A stretch of 64,000 bases of DNA from Mobula hypostoma (GCF_963921235.1 NC_086097.1:146632001-146696000); one strand, 5' to 3'; shown: positions 48,255 through 61,343, numbered from the stretch's first letter. Numbers and translations: made by a program. Notes: generated from the letters alone by a model not told the origin.

Positions 48255-49810
48255 TCATTACATCAAGAAAGCACAGTCGGAAAACAGAAAGCAGAATATT
48301 GTGTTACATTTACAGAGAAAGTGCAAGGGCCACAGTGAGGTAGGCTTGCAAAGTAAGAGTTCATCTTTTAGTATATGAGTTGTCTGTTCAGGAGTTTGAT
48401 AACAGCAGGATAGAAGTTGTCCTCGAGTCTGGTGGTTCATGTTCTAACCTTTATTTATTTCTGCCTGATGGGAGAGAGGAGAAGTGAGAATGACTAGGGT
48501 GGGAGAAGTACTTGATTATGTTGTCTGCTTTCGCGAGGCATCAAGGAACGAAGATGGAGTCAGTGGAGGGGAGGCTGATCTGCATTGTGACTGGTCTGTG
48601 TTCAAAACTCTGTAATCTTATTGCAATTTTAGGTAGAGCAATTGCCATACTAAACAGTAACATATTTGGATAGGATGTCTTCTGTGGCACATCTGTGAAA
48701 ATTGGCAAATGTCGCTGGGGACCTTCCAATGTTCCTTAGCCTTCTGAGAATGTAGAGGTGTGATTTCTTGGCCATAGTGTACATGTGGCTGGATCAGCAT
48801 AAATTGTTGGCGATACTTACCATATCACCTTTGGAAACTGAATCTCACAAACATTTCCACCTCAGTGCCATTGATATGGACAGGGTCGTGATCTTCCTCC
48901 ATTTCCTGAAGTCAATGATCAGCTTTTTTTTCTTGACTTTGAGGTGTCGCTGGAATTTCTATATACTTGCTGTACTCTACCTCATTGTTGTTTGTGATCT
49001 AGTCCATGACAGTGGTGTCATCTGTAATCTTGCAAATGGAGTTAGAGAAGAATATGATCACATTTTTGTGACTCTATATGGATTTTAGCAGGGGTCTTAG
49101 GATGCAGCCTTGTGGGCCACTGATGGTGAGAATAATCATTAAGAAGATGTTGTTGCCTATCCTTCCTGATTGTCGCCATAAGGTCAGGAATCGAGGATCC
49201 ATTTGCAGAGGGGGAAGAGAGTCCTGGATTTGGGAGTTTGGAAGATTGGTGCTGAAGGCTGAGTTGTTTTTAATAAATAGGAGACTGATATAGGAATCTT
49301 TGTTATTCAGATGTTCCAAAGGTGAACGTAAGGCCAGGGATTTGATGCCTGCAGTAGATCTGGTGCAGCAGTAAGCAAACTGCTTTAAGTTGAGGTTGTC
49401 TAGGAAGCTGGACTTAATGTGTATCATGACCAGCTTCTTGAAACACTTCATGACAATAGATATCAGAGCCATTGAGCAGTAGTTATTGAGGAACATTACC
49501 TTATCTTCCTTTGGTTCTGGGATGATAGTAGTCATCTTAGAGCAGGTGGGAGCATCATACTTGAGTAATCCCACCAGTGGTCCATGCAGGATCTGAGGTC
49601 ATGGGGGAAGCAATCCAGGCCAATTTCTTTCTGTGAGTTCACTCTCATGAAGGCTGATCTTACGTCTACAACAGTGACTCTGGGAACAGGTGCAGCAATG
49701 GCTGTCGGATTGGGATGCATGATTTGACTGACCTATTCAAAATGTGCACTGAATATGTAGAGCTGATTTCGGAGAGATTTTTCCTTGTCAACAAATACCA
49801 CCTGACTTTG
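48255..49810 (-). mobile_element. Rex1-like LINE RT fragment, degraded
   Basis: TTIIPEPK..LNNYCSMALISIVMKCFKKLV..QFAY..RST..GPQGCILRPL (49074-49574). Confidence 0.75.
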
Positions 49811-49942
49811 CTTTATATCATGCAAGTCTTTTCACTATTGATGGCCAGTATGATCTGATATGGTCTCTTGGGACCTGTGATGGCTTTGTCAAAGTTGTAC
49901 CTAAATTGCCTGTTATAGGTCAGGATTACCCAACTTAAATGT

Positions 49943-50067
49943 CCCTTACTCACTCTTCCTTCAGTTAGTCCTGACGAAGGGTCTCGGCCTGAAACGTCGA
50001 CTGCGCTTCTTCCTATAGATGCTGCTTGGCCTGCTGCGTTCACCAGCAACTTTGATGTGTGTTGCTT
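49943..50067 (+). mobile_element. Young short Penelope terminal-repeat insertion
   Basis: Near-identical reverse complement of 22249-22370; CTTAAATG(T/A)CCC at both ends. Confidence 0.85.
49966..50003 (+). ncRNA. Minimal type-I hammerhead ribozyme, intact core (identical to 22311-22348)
   Basis: tagtc CTGACGA agggtctcggcct GAAA cg TC gactg; predicted cleavage 3' of C49998. Confidence 0.8.
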
Positions 50068-50319
50068 AAATGACCCCGTTCTGGATTTCAGTAAGGAGTG
50101 GATCTCTCAGTTCATTTCTGCTTCCTGACTGGGGAGAAGATGAAAGAAAATTGTAGCATCCTTTTACTTGAAAACTACATTTGAAATTTGCATTGTTCTA
50201 CATCTTAGTTTGACTTTCCTTTGGCACAGTTAAATAATTCAATTACTTCAGAAATATTTTTTAATATGAGAATATTGACAGACATAGAAGAGGAAATCTC
50301 ATTAGAAACTAGGGTTCAA

Positions 50320-50790
50320 GTACTTCTTCCACATGAAGTGGTGATTCATTTGCACTTCTAGTGCGTTCAGTGCTCATATAACCATATAACAATTACAGCA
50401 CAGAAACAGGCCATCTCGGCCCTTCTAGTCTGTGCTGAAATCTACGTTGGAGAAATTAAATTTGGCTACTACCTTGCAGAACATCTCTTAAATTTACCAT
50501 GGGGATCTTGAATTTCCAGTTGCCTGCCACTTTAATCCTTCTCTCATTCTGGCTTCTTTGCATTTGGCCACTTACATGTTTCTAACAAAGCCCAAGAAAA
50601 TCTTCAGGAAGAGCACCTACTTTTTAATCTATGTATGTTGCAGCCCTCAGGCCTCAATATTGGATTCAACAATGTCAGATAACCATCTTAACATGTTCTG
50701 ATGAAAGGTCACCAACCTATACCATTAACTCGGTTTTTCTCTCTCCATAGACGTTCTTGACATTCTGAATATTTCCATCTCAGATTTCCA
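50320..50790 (+). mobile_element. Old Penelope GIY-YIG fragment with a CR1-tail insertion (~50380-50437) and a decayed hammerhead (~50698)
   Basis: ..gtgcgttcagtgctc|..ctacgttggagaa (YVGE)..gaagagcacctacttttt..ttcaacaatgtcagataa; CTGATGAaagg..cct. Confidence 0.55.
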
Positions 50791-51659
50791 CAAGCAATGT
50801 TTCATATCTCCCAGTTGTAGCATTAAATTTTCTCTTCTTCCTCCATTTATATCTTCTCCATAAATCAGCTGCAATTAACAGACATTTACCACCTATTTCT
50901 CTGATAGCGCCAGTAACATCAGCTCTGCCTGTATTCATCACTCTTTCATAGATCACATGGATGTTCTCTCTTGCTTTTTCCTCATTTCCATCAGTTTTGA
51001 CTGAAGATCATTAACCTGAAACATTAACCATTTCTTTACATAACTTAACAGAAGAGCTGAGTATTCATTTATTGAGTATTCTGTTTATTGCAAACTTCTA
51101 TGCTCTTGTCTTTAAATTTCAATTGAGCTAACGATTTCAAACCATTTGTGGAAAGATTGTAATGAATAAGTCATGAATATGAAAGATGAAAGTTTAAATA
51201 TTAGTGGACATAGTTTCAAATTTAACCCTTCATTTGAGGCACCAATTACACTTTTTGTCCTTGGTTCAAACAAAATTAGGGAAATGGGCTTCATGTCTAC
51301 CACATTCCAGATTGAATAATTCCAGAGGATATTCATTGCTCCCACATTTTTGAGTGGTTGTTCCCTTTTTCTTTCATCGCGTCAGTCTCTGACTCCAACA
51401 TACATCACTCTTTTTATTCCTCCCTTGCCCCACCCATTTTCTCTGTTCAATCCTGTTACATCTTTGGGCACTTCAGACAAAATGCCATTCCATTGAGATG
51501 ATAACATTGTTTTGTTTTTCAAGGAATCTGCCTTATCAGAATATATCCAACAGTTTTATTTGGAGTAATTAAACAAAATTTAGGCAATGGTCAGATGTTG
51601 AAAAATTCACATCCCATGAGTTACAAAGCAAAAGGACGACGGATAGACAAATATGGAGA

Positions 51660-52185
51660 TAGCAACACACACAGAATGCTGGAGGAACTCAGCAGATCAG
51701 GCAGCATCTATGGAAACGAATACATAGTTGGCATTTCAGGCCAAGACCTTTCTTCAGGATCGAAAGGGAAGGGGGAAGGTACCAGAATAAAAAGATGGGG
51801 AACTGCTCTGAAGAGATAGAGGGCATGAGAAGTGTCTCGGATACAGGTGAGACCGAACTGAACCAAGAGCGATAGAATGGAATTGAGTTATGGGGCCACA
51901 GGTTCAGTAGGGCAGGAGCAGGCAGAGACAATAGGTGCAACCAAACAGTACAGTTTGTGGATTTTGGGTAGGAGGCAGAGTGAGTGGTATGGGGTAAGGG
52001 AACTATGAGTCTGGTGGCGGTGGCTGGGAGTGCTCCAGAGTGGATGAGGTCAGTGATGGTGTCAGAGACAGTTTTCTGATGGCGTGGAGTGGGGCTCTCC
52101 TCACGGGAAGGTACAGGATGTGCGTGAGAATTGCTGCCTGGCCTCAGCAAGGTAGAGGTCATTGTGCCCCACTACAAAAGTGCCC
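51660..52185 (-). mobile_element. Penelope terminal repeat joined to an RT-upstream fragment (internally deleted copy)
   Basis: agcaacacacacagaatgctggaggaactcagc..; minus ORF HQKTVSDTITDLIHSGALPATATRLIVPLPHT. Confidence 0.65.
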
Positions 52186-52383
52186 TCCTTATCTGCCGGT
52201 TTGATGGTAAGTTGGTATTGATGTGGAGAGAGTGTAGGGTAGTGTTTTAAGAGAGGGTAAGGTTGAAGGAGGATGGAAAATTCTCTGAGATAATATTGTA
52301 TAAATACTCTGTGACCAGTTTATTAGACAACTCCTGAAACTAATAAAGTGGGTGAGGGCAGCGAAAATAGCAGAGGGAGGGAA

Positions 52384-52866
52384 ATTGAGTGTATGTTCAT
52401 GATCTTCTGCTGCTGTAGTCCATCGACTTCGATGTTCAACATGTTGTATGTTCAGAGATGCTCTTCTGCACACCACTGTTGTAACGTATGGTTATTTCAA
52501 TAACTGTCACCTCCAGTCTGTCTATTCTCCTTTGAACTCCCTCATTATCAAAGCTTTCTCCCCCACAGAACTGCTGCTCACTGATGTTTTTTCTTTGTTC
52601 TTCACACCATTATTTGTAAATTCCAGAGACTGTTGTGCATGAAAACCAGAGGAGATTAGCAGATTCTGTGATACTCAAATAAGATACTGAAACCACCCGC
52701 ATCTGGCACCCACAATCATTCCGCAGTCAAAATCACTTAGATCACATTTCTTCCCCAATCTCGTGCCCATGTTTGCAAGCTTTAATGCATTGAGTCACTA
52801 CCATATAATTGGGTGATTAGATATTTGCATTAACATACAGATGTACCTAATAAAGTGAGCACTGAA
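52384..52866. mobile_element. Non-autonomous Tc1-family element fragment
   Basis: tgttcagagatgctcttctgcacaccactgttgtaacg..ctggcacccacaatcattcc..tgtacctaataaagtgagcactga resembles a common fish Tc1-derived family (recalled, not searched). Confidence 0.55.
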
Positions 52867-53457
52867 GGGGTAACTGAAAATTAAGTGTCTCAGTTATTTT
52901 ATGAAGCTTGATAGATATTCAAATAAGAACTAATGGAAATGCTAAAATTGTACAGAATGAGCCTTAAATAAATACCAGATTTGTTCATTTTAAGATTTGG
53001 CTTGAAGCTTTACTTCAAAAAGCCAAACTAACAGTGGAATTCATCATTCAGCATTCAGTGGAAATATTGCTGTGCAAAGTGAGTCAACACCTCCCACTTC
53101 ATTGCTCCAAACTGGTTCTTCAAGTGGGGAATATCTTACCCATTCAAGAAAGAACCTAATTGTAGTTGAGGAATGATCTGCTGATGTTCATCAAATGATA
53201 AAACTTTGCAGAATTACTCCACTGAAAGAATATTATTTCATAAAACTTGATCTTCTGCTTAAGTATCACAATTGTAGCAGGCCAACTAAAGCTGCAAAAG
53301 CAAATAAGGCAAGTAATGTAATGTAATCTATTAGACTGCTCATTTCCACATGGAATATTTTATGGCACCAGGTGTATTCACATTCTGTGTAGATTGAACC
53401 AAAGGGATTGATTCTACTTTTATGTTTCCCACTTGAAAACTGATATGATATAAATCA

Positions 53458-53604
53458 CAAACAAGAGAAAGTCTGCAGATACTGGACATCCAAATAACAC
53501 ACACAAGACTATGAAGGGTCTCTGCCCAAAACTCTGACTCTTTAATCTTTTCCATTGATGCTGCCTGGCCTGCTGGGTTCCTCCAGCATTTTGTGTGTGT
53601 TGCT
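53458..53604. mobile_element. Second fold-back Penelope-derived short element (left arm partly deleted)
   Basis: caaacaagag..aacacacacaag|tgaagggtctctgcccaaaac..ccagcattttgtgtgtgttgct; ATATAAATCA at 53448-53457 and 53608-53617. Confidence 0.75.
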
Positions 53605-54726
53605 ATAATATAAATCAATTCTGAATTAGTCAGTGAGACACCATGATATTATTTACTCAGCAATTTGTTATAGTATGGAAGATTATGCCTGAAACAATGG
53701 TGGAAGTAAAATTAATAGTTACCTTCTAAGGGAAATTGAATGTATACAGTATTTGACAAGTTCCAGTTTTATAGGGCAATGGGAAAGGGTGATGGAATGG
53801 ATAGCACCTTTGAAGATCAAAATGCATATACAATCAATTGAATGGCTTCCACTTTGTGCAAGGTTCTATGATTCCATGAATGATTGAAACTCGTAGTGGG
53901 ATTGTTCATACGGAACAGACTCATTAGAGTGCCACTATGCATGTTTGTCTTTTCAAGTGCAGAACAATTTAGTTGAAACTATCATCTCAATCACTGACTT
54001 GAGCTTTCTGATTACAAACAGAAATCTTCTGCAACAGAGCTGTATTGCTAATTGAAAGAGTCTGTGCTAATCAGAATCAGCACAATGACTGCATAACCAG
54101 CATGCAGACAAGTTGAATCAAACCTAATCATGTCCTAGATGAAAAGTAGTATTAGAAAGTAATTACCTGAATGCTGATAAATTGTCTCTCAAGATGGAAA
54201 ATAATGTTAACTTTGAAATTATAGTGCAATATTCTAAATGATTTTTACCCAAGTCTAATGCTTTACAATGCAGGTCAATAAATAAGGAAGTTCCAACTCT
54301 CATTGTGAATTAAAACTATAGAATTGCCTTATCTTGTAGTTTTAATTATCATAAGACTGCATCACTACCTTAAAACAAACTTTCTCACAGTTTTACTACT
54401 ATTCTGTGATCAATGGTTCACTGGTGCAATTTTTCACTCTCCTGTTTTTGGACTATGTCTAAATTCATATTCCATATGTAACGCATTTGTACACATCCAC
54501 CAGAGACATTCCTATAGAAGTATACACAAAAATGATGTTGGGGCTAGCTGTTTACTATGGTAAGTTGCAATCCAGAGAACTCCTTGAATATATGAAAATG
54601 ATCTCTTGGAATTCATATAGTCATACCAAGTGGCAGGGAGGGAAAGGAGTACAAGCTGACGGGTGATAGGTGAGCCCGTGTGTGGGGAAAGTGGGTGCAT
54701 GGGTTGGGGAGGGAGGAATGAAGTCA

Positions 54727-57700
54727 TTTCATTTAAAAAATCTTCTTATTGATATATAATCTTCTACAGCTATAAAATACAAAAGTTCAACAAATTAGTA
54801 TATATATAATTAATAAAGCCGAAGAAAAAAACTTTTATATGCTAATGAAAAAAAATTATATAAGAAAAAGAATGAAAAAAGAGAACCCCAACTAAATAAA
54901 CCCCCCCACCACTAAATACAAAAGAGAAAAAAACATTAGGAACCAACTCCCGGAGCAATACGTCTTTCAATAATCTATATATATAAAAGAAGAAAAAACA
55001 ATAATCGCCAAATCACATTTATATAACATAAAATTGGAAGGAAACCATATAAATTAATTCAAATTAAATGATAATATTTGGCAAAAGAGCCTAACCTTCT
55101 CTCAAAATCGAATCGGGGATCAAAAATTCTACTTCTAATTTTTTCCAAACTAAGGCATATCATTACTTGGGAAAACCATTGAATTAGTGTAGGGGCATAA
55201 GTATCTTTCCACTTCAATAAAATAGCCCTTCTTGTCAACAATGTAAGGAATGCAATTACATGTTGGTTTGGAAATGAAATACCCTGAATATGATGTGGAA
55301 CTATTCCAAATAGAACAGTCAATGTATTAGGTTGTAAGTTAATTTTCAAAGCTTGAGAAATTGTAGAAAATAAATAAAATAAAATAAATTTAATATTTGA
55401 TTTGAAAGATGTTGTTTCTACAAGACCACCCTGGTGTTTTCCAGAACATTTGTTACAAAGTTCAGATTTTGTTGACTTTATTGAAACTCAAATAGAAGAG
55501 TTTTTTCTCTTTAATAATACAGGAAACATCTCAAAGTTAGTAATTTGGGATACGTTAAAAACTTATTTACGTGGTCAGATTATTTCTTATTTAGCTAAAT
55601 TGAAGAAACAGATTAGAATGGAATTAGATAAAATTGCTAAACAAATTAAAGATTTAGGTAATATCAACACAATCTTTCCAAATGTTGATTTGTTTAAAAG
55701 AAGAGTGGAATTACAATCACAATATAATTTATTATTAACTTATCCTATTGAAGGATATTTGCTTAAATTAAAAAGTCAGTTTTATATTTTTGGGGATAAA
55801 AATAATAGGTTATTAGCTTCCCAATTAAGAGCTGCTAAAGCTAAAAGACAACTTTTAAAGATTTGTAAAGATAATGGAGATATAGTAAGCAATTAGGAAG
55901 CCATTAATAATATTTTTCAGGATTTTTATTCCGATCTTTATAAACCTCGGTTTCCTGCAGATCCCTCCAAAATGAAGGCTTTTTTATATAAGATTAAATT
56001 TCCTCAAATTACTGCTGAAGATCAGCAGGCTCTTGATGTTCCAATTGTTGAGCATGAAATTCAGGAAGCTATATGGGTCAATGCATTCAGGTAAAGCTCC
56101 TGGACTTGATGGTTATCCGGTAGGATTTTACAAAAAATGTGAAAAATTACTTTCTCCATACCTTTTGGAAATATTTCATGAATCTTTTGAGAAAGGTAAT
56201 TTTCCTTCTTCTTTTTATGAAGCTTCTATTTCTTTAATCCTTAAGAAAGATAAAGATCCTACTGAATGCTATTTCGTTATTAAATGTGGATGCTAAAATT
56301 CTTTCTAAGATAATGGCTAATCATTTGGAAAACATTTTATCTAAAATTATCTCTATGGATCAAACAGGCTTTATTAGAGGCTGTTATTCTTTTTCTAATG
56401 TTCGCAGATTGATGAATATTATATATTCACCATTATCCAAAACACCCCAATATGTTATTTCTCTGGATGGAGAAAAGGCATTTGATAGAGTTGAATGGAC
56501 TTATTTGTTTAATGTATTAGAGAAATTTGGCTTTGGTAATAATTTTAATAAGTGGATTCAAATGATATATAAGAACCCTATCGCTACCGTTATTACTAAT
56601 ATTCTTTGGTCTCCCTTTTTTTCACTTCATGAGGTTCTTGACAAGGGTGTCCATTAAGTCCTTTATTATTTAATCTCGTACTGGAGCCTTTGGCTCTAAT
56701 AATTCGTGAAGCTAAAAACATCCATGGTATCTCTATAAATGGGACCATACATAAGATCTCTCTTTATGCAGATTTTTGGTTTATATTTCAAATCCGGGAG
56801 AATCTATTCCTTATCTTTTGGATTTATTAAATGATTTTGGAAAATTTTCAGGATATATACTTAATTTAAATAAAACTGAATTGTTCCCTTCAAATGTTCC
56901 TGTTTTTATATACAGGTTTCCCCTGCCATCTGAAGGTAGAGCATTCCTATGAAACGGTTCGTAAGCCGAAATGTCGTAAAGCGAAGAAACAATTACCATT
57001 TATTTATATGGGAAAATTTTGTGAGCGTTCGCAGACCCAAAAATAACCTACCAAATCATGCCAAATAACACATAAAACCTAAAATAACAGTAACGTATAG
57101 TAAAAGCAGGAATGATATGATAAATACACAGCCTATATAAAGTAGAGGTACTTTTCCACAATCATTACTACACTGTTCTCCATAGCGAAAATCTCACACA
57201 AGTGCTGTCGACAGAAAATCTCATGCAAGCGCTGTTGGCAAAAACACGGTGCAAGCGCTCTCCAGTAACCTTTAAGCTATGAAGCTGCCAAATCATACCA
57301 AATAACACGTAAAAATACACAGTCTATATAAAGTAGAAATAATGTATGTACAGTGCAATATCACTTACTGGAATTGGTTCAGCGCCGAGCACACTGATGA
57401 CGGTGTGTTAGACTGAGTCGTCGCAGGTTGGGTGGTGCAGTGGCCCCCACCCTCCGGGCCGCCGGCCGATATCGATCCGCGAAGCATGCAGGGGTGCAGT
57501 GGTAGCCAGGAGGCACACAGCACATCCTTAAGAAAAAAGCCAAAACAAACATGCTAATTAATTAGGTGCCGCCCGGCACGTAATTGTCGGCCTAGATCAG
57601 TGCCGATTTCCGATTGCGTCGTCTTGGGCGGCACCTAATTAATTAGCATGTTTATTTCTGCTTTTTTTCTTAAAGATGTGCTGTGTGCCTCCCGACTAAC

Positions 57701-59674
57701 GCTGCATTCTCCGCGAATCGGTATCTGTCCGTGGCCTGGGGGTTGGGGTGGTGGGACACTGGGGTGTCATCTCATCATTGTCTGTTTCCATTAGGGCAGG
57801 CAGCTCATCTTCTCCTATGACTGCCCGCCTCGATGTCGAAGGTCGAGGTTCGTCGTCTGCTGTGGCTGATGTGGAAGGCTTGCTTGACTGCTGAGCCTTG
57901 CGCATTTTTCTATCATACAGTTCTTTATAAGGACTCAAACCATCCTGAAAATATCCCCTAAACCTACGTACCCTTTCAAAATTAAAGTCGTACTTTATCA
58001 TTGCAGCAAAAATCTCACGCTGTCACTTTCGGTCCGCTCACTACTGCATTGGGTTTCAATTGTTATCCTTTCCTCTTCCAATTGCATCAGCGCTTCATCT
58101 ATCAGTTTTTGGTCACGGGATGCCAAAACCTCTTCAACATCATCTTCGTCAACTTCCACAAGCCAAATTCACGTTGTCCTTACTTCGTTCACCATGATCA
58201 AAACGCTTAAATATGTCTAGCTTTATGCTAAGTTTAACACCCTTACGAGCTCTTTTAGGCTTTTCCGATACCATAGAACTCATCTTGCTAACGGCTGCTC
58301 AATGCAACGTGCTTAAGCAATGCCGTTCCGAATCCGGGGGAGAGCGGTTGCTCCGGGCGTGTGCTGCCTTTTATCGCGCGCTGATTTTTTTGTGTGCTGA
58401 TTTTTTTCGTAACAGTGAAAACACCTTCTGAAAGCGAAAACAGTGTACTAATGTAGGTCTTTCATAACAGTGAGGTTTCGTAAAGCGAACGTTCGAAAGG
58501 CAGGGGACACCTGTATAATGATATTCCATTTAGAATTGTGAATTCTTTTAAATATTTGGGTATTATCATTACAAAAAATATAAAGATCTTTATAAAGCTA
58601 ATATAGTTCCTTTATGAAACAATTATTTTCTAGATGGAATCCTCTTACACTTTCTTTAATAGCTCGTATTCATGCCGTGAAAATGATGATTTTACCTAGA
58701 TTTTATTTACTTTTCAAAATATACCTATTTTTCTAACTAAAAAATTTTTTGATCAAATTGATTCTGCTATTTCATCCTTTATTTGGAGTAATAAAAAACC
58801 AAGAGTTAATAAGTTTCATTTACAAAAATCCAAAAAAGTTGGTGGACTTGCGCTACCTGATTTTAGATTTTATTGTTGGACTGTTAATATTCGACAGCTA
58901 TGCTTTTGGTTATATTGGCTCAAAAAGAGCCAAAAACCAGCTTGGATTGATTTGGAATTAAAAGCTATTAAACAATTTCATTTAACTTCATTATTAGGAG
59001 CTCCATTACCTTTACAACTTGCTAAAATTCCCAGTTTAAATCTCTACCCTGTTATTAAACAGTCCTTACAGATCTGGTTTCAGTTTCACAACTCTTTTAA
59101 TTTAAACAATTTAAATTGTCTAGCCCTGTGTTTAGAAATTTGCTATTTAAACCTTCAATTACAGATCCCATTTTTCTTTTATGGAGAAATAAGGGGATTT
59201 GTTCTTTTGCAGATTTGTTTAGTGATGGTCGATTGATGACTTTTGAAGAGTTAATTAGCAAATATTCTCTCTCTCATACACATTTCTTGCAATATTTTCA
59301 GGTTAGACATTTCTTACAAAAGTATGTTTCTACGTTTCCATATATGCAAGAATCTGATTTGTTGGATACTATTTTGAGTATGAATCCTTTAGTGAGAGGT
59401 TCCATTGGTAGAATTTATAATTTATTTTTACTACAAAAGGTAACCTCTCACTAAAGATTAAACGAGATTGGGAGAGAGAACTTAATATGACTTTTGTTAA
59501 TGAAGATTGGTTGCGAGTTCTGAAAATGGTTAATTCTTCTTCGATATGTGCCAATCATTGTTTAATTCAATTTAAAATTGTTCACCGTTATTATTTAACA
59601 AAGGAGAGGCTATCCAAAATATTTCCTAATATAGACAACTATTGTGATAGGTGTAAAAATGAAGTAGCTACTTT
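54727..59674 (-). mobile_element. L1 LINE with 5' inversion: 3' end on minus (54727-~55370), inverted ORF2 body on plus (~55380-59674)
   Basis: 12-bp TSD GGAATGAAGTCA (54715-54726, 59675-59686). Plus: WDTLKTYLRGQIISY, GKAPGLDGYP, DAKILSK..DQTGF..ISLDGEKAFDRVEW, SLYAD, QFKIVHRYYLT..YCDRCK. Minus: RRAILLKWK..LEKIR..stop at 55059. Confidence 0.9.
56913..58513 (-). mobile_element. Tigger/pogo-type non-autonomous transposon nested in the L1 RT
   Basis: ta|CAGGTTTCCCCTGCC...GGCAGGGGACACCTG|ta; transposase C-terminal remnant KYDFNFERVRRF..LSPYKELYDRK (57696-58001). Confidence 0.85.
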
Positions 59675-59896
59675 GGAATGAAGTCAGAAGCTGGGAAGCA
59701 ACAGTTGGAAGAGGTAAAGGGCTGAAGAAGAAGGAATCTGATCGAGAGGAGGACAGTGAGAGAAAGAGAAGGAGCAAGGGCACCAGAGCACAGGTGGATA
59801 GAAGAAAGGGATGACTAGATCGAAGAATAGATAAAGAACGAAGGGGGAGGGGGAGGGAAGAAGTTCTTCTTCTATCTGCATTTCTGCTAATTCACA

Positions 59897-60246
59897 AGTG
59901 GTGGGGTGGAGATACGCCTCTACTAAAGGACGTATAAGGCGAGCCTTCCTTCTGCTAACCTGCAGGTCACCCTTACGCATCTGCTTAGCCCCCAATCATG
60001 GTTACGTAAAGCCATCGGCGCAGGTGGTGGATGGTCATATGAGCAGCTGGAGATATCACAGGTCCTGGTTATGTGACTAATGGTGCCAGGCAGACAACCT
60101 CTGAAGAGTATTGATAATGATTGGGGTCGCATCGTTCAGAAGAAGGCCATGGCAAACTACTTCTGTCAAAAAATTTGCCAAGAACAATCTTGGTCATGGG
60201 ACCATGATCGCCTCTGTCATATGACATGGCACATAATGATGATGAC
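59897..60246 (+). mobile_element. SINE-like element with an RTE-type 3' tail
   Basis: agaagaaggccatggcaaactacttctg..ttgccaagaac..ggcacataatgatgatga resembles RTE/BovB-type 3' ends. Confidence 0.5.
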
Positions 60247-61264
60247 TTTAATTCATTTATTTCCAGGATTAATTTCCTGAAATTCCCTGCTTCGGTTACC
60301 AATTCCAGCAGCCAACAATCCACACAATTTTGCATTAGCAAATCACTTTGTTTTAAATTTTTTTTTTCCCCATTTTTCTAGATTAACAAATGAGTGCTTT
60401 CTGCTTTAGGTACAAGTTATACTGTCAGGCCCCCTATAGGACCATAAGTCAAAGAAGCAGAATTAGATCATTTGACCCATTGATTCTGCTCTGCCATTCA
60501 ATCATAGCTGATTTATTATGCTTCTGAACCCCATTCTCCTGCCTTCTCCCCATAACCTGAAACATAATATATGAAAAGAGATAAAGGCTTTCTTTCCACA
60601 CTTGCTGCCTGATCACTTATGTAACACATCTTGAGAAAGTAATATGAGATCCTGAGTACTATTAGATCTGCAATCTCCTGGTGAAGCCCCATCCATTCTT
60701 TCAGATTGATTAGGGATCTTAGACACTATTTTGACTACCTTGATTGGCTAGAATTCTTGAGTAGCCTTTGTAAGTGATAGAGTGACTGTGGAAATTATGC
60801 CTTAGGATGCAGTCATTTGAAGAACTGGTGCATGTGTAACAGCTGTGAAAAAAGTTGTGCCTGACCTTTGTGGCCATGAAATCCTGGAGTGGTACCTTGA
60901 TGTCACCTTTGAAGGGAAGCCTTTGGACATTAATAAAGTAGAGAGAAGCAAAAAATATTTCAAGCCTTGCACAAATCTTTGATCAGCTATGGAAGATCAG
61001 AAGCAAGTCATTCAACTCTTCAAGCCTACTTCGTTATTCAACGAAGTAAACATCAATCTCTCCCTCAGCTTAATTTTCCTACCATAAGCAAAACATCGCA
61101 TGTAAAGGAAATTGGATGTTTAAAAAAAAATTTGAGGAAGTTCAAAATATTCATGATGAAACTGTAGCAACAGGTCCTGATTGTTGAATATTCCCATCAT
61201 TTTTCTCAAAATTAGTTTCATATCACTTGAGACATAAGAAAAGTATATCAGTTTTAATCTAGAG

Positions 61265-61343
61265 CAGGGGTTCCCAATCTTTTTTATGCCATGGACCCCT
61301 ACCATTAATGGAGGGGTCCATGGACCCAGGTTGGGAACCCCTG
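61265..61343. mobile_element. 79-bp hAT (Charlie-type) MITE
   Basis: TIRs CAGGGGTTCCCAA / TTGGGAACCCCTG; flanks atctagag / ctgtagag; inner palindrome ccatggacccct / aggggtccatgg. Confidence 0.85.
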
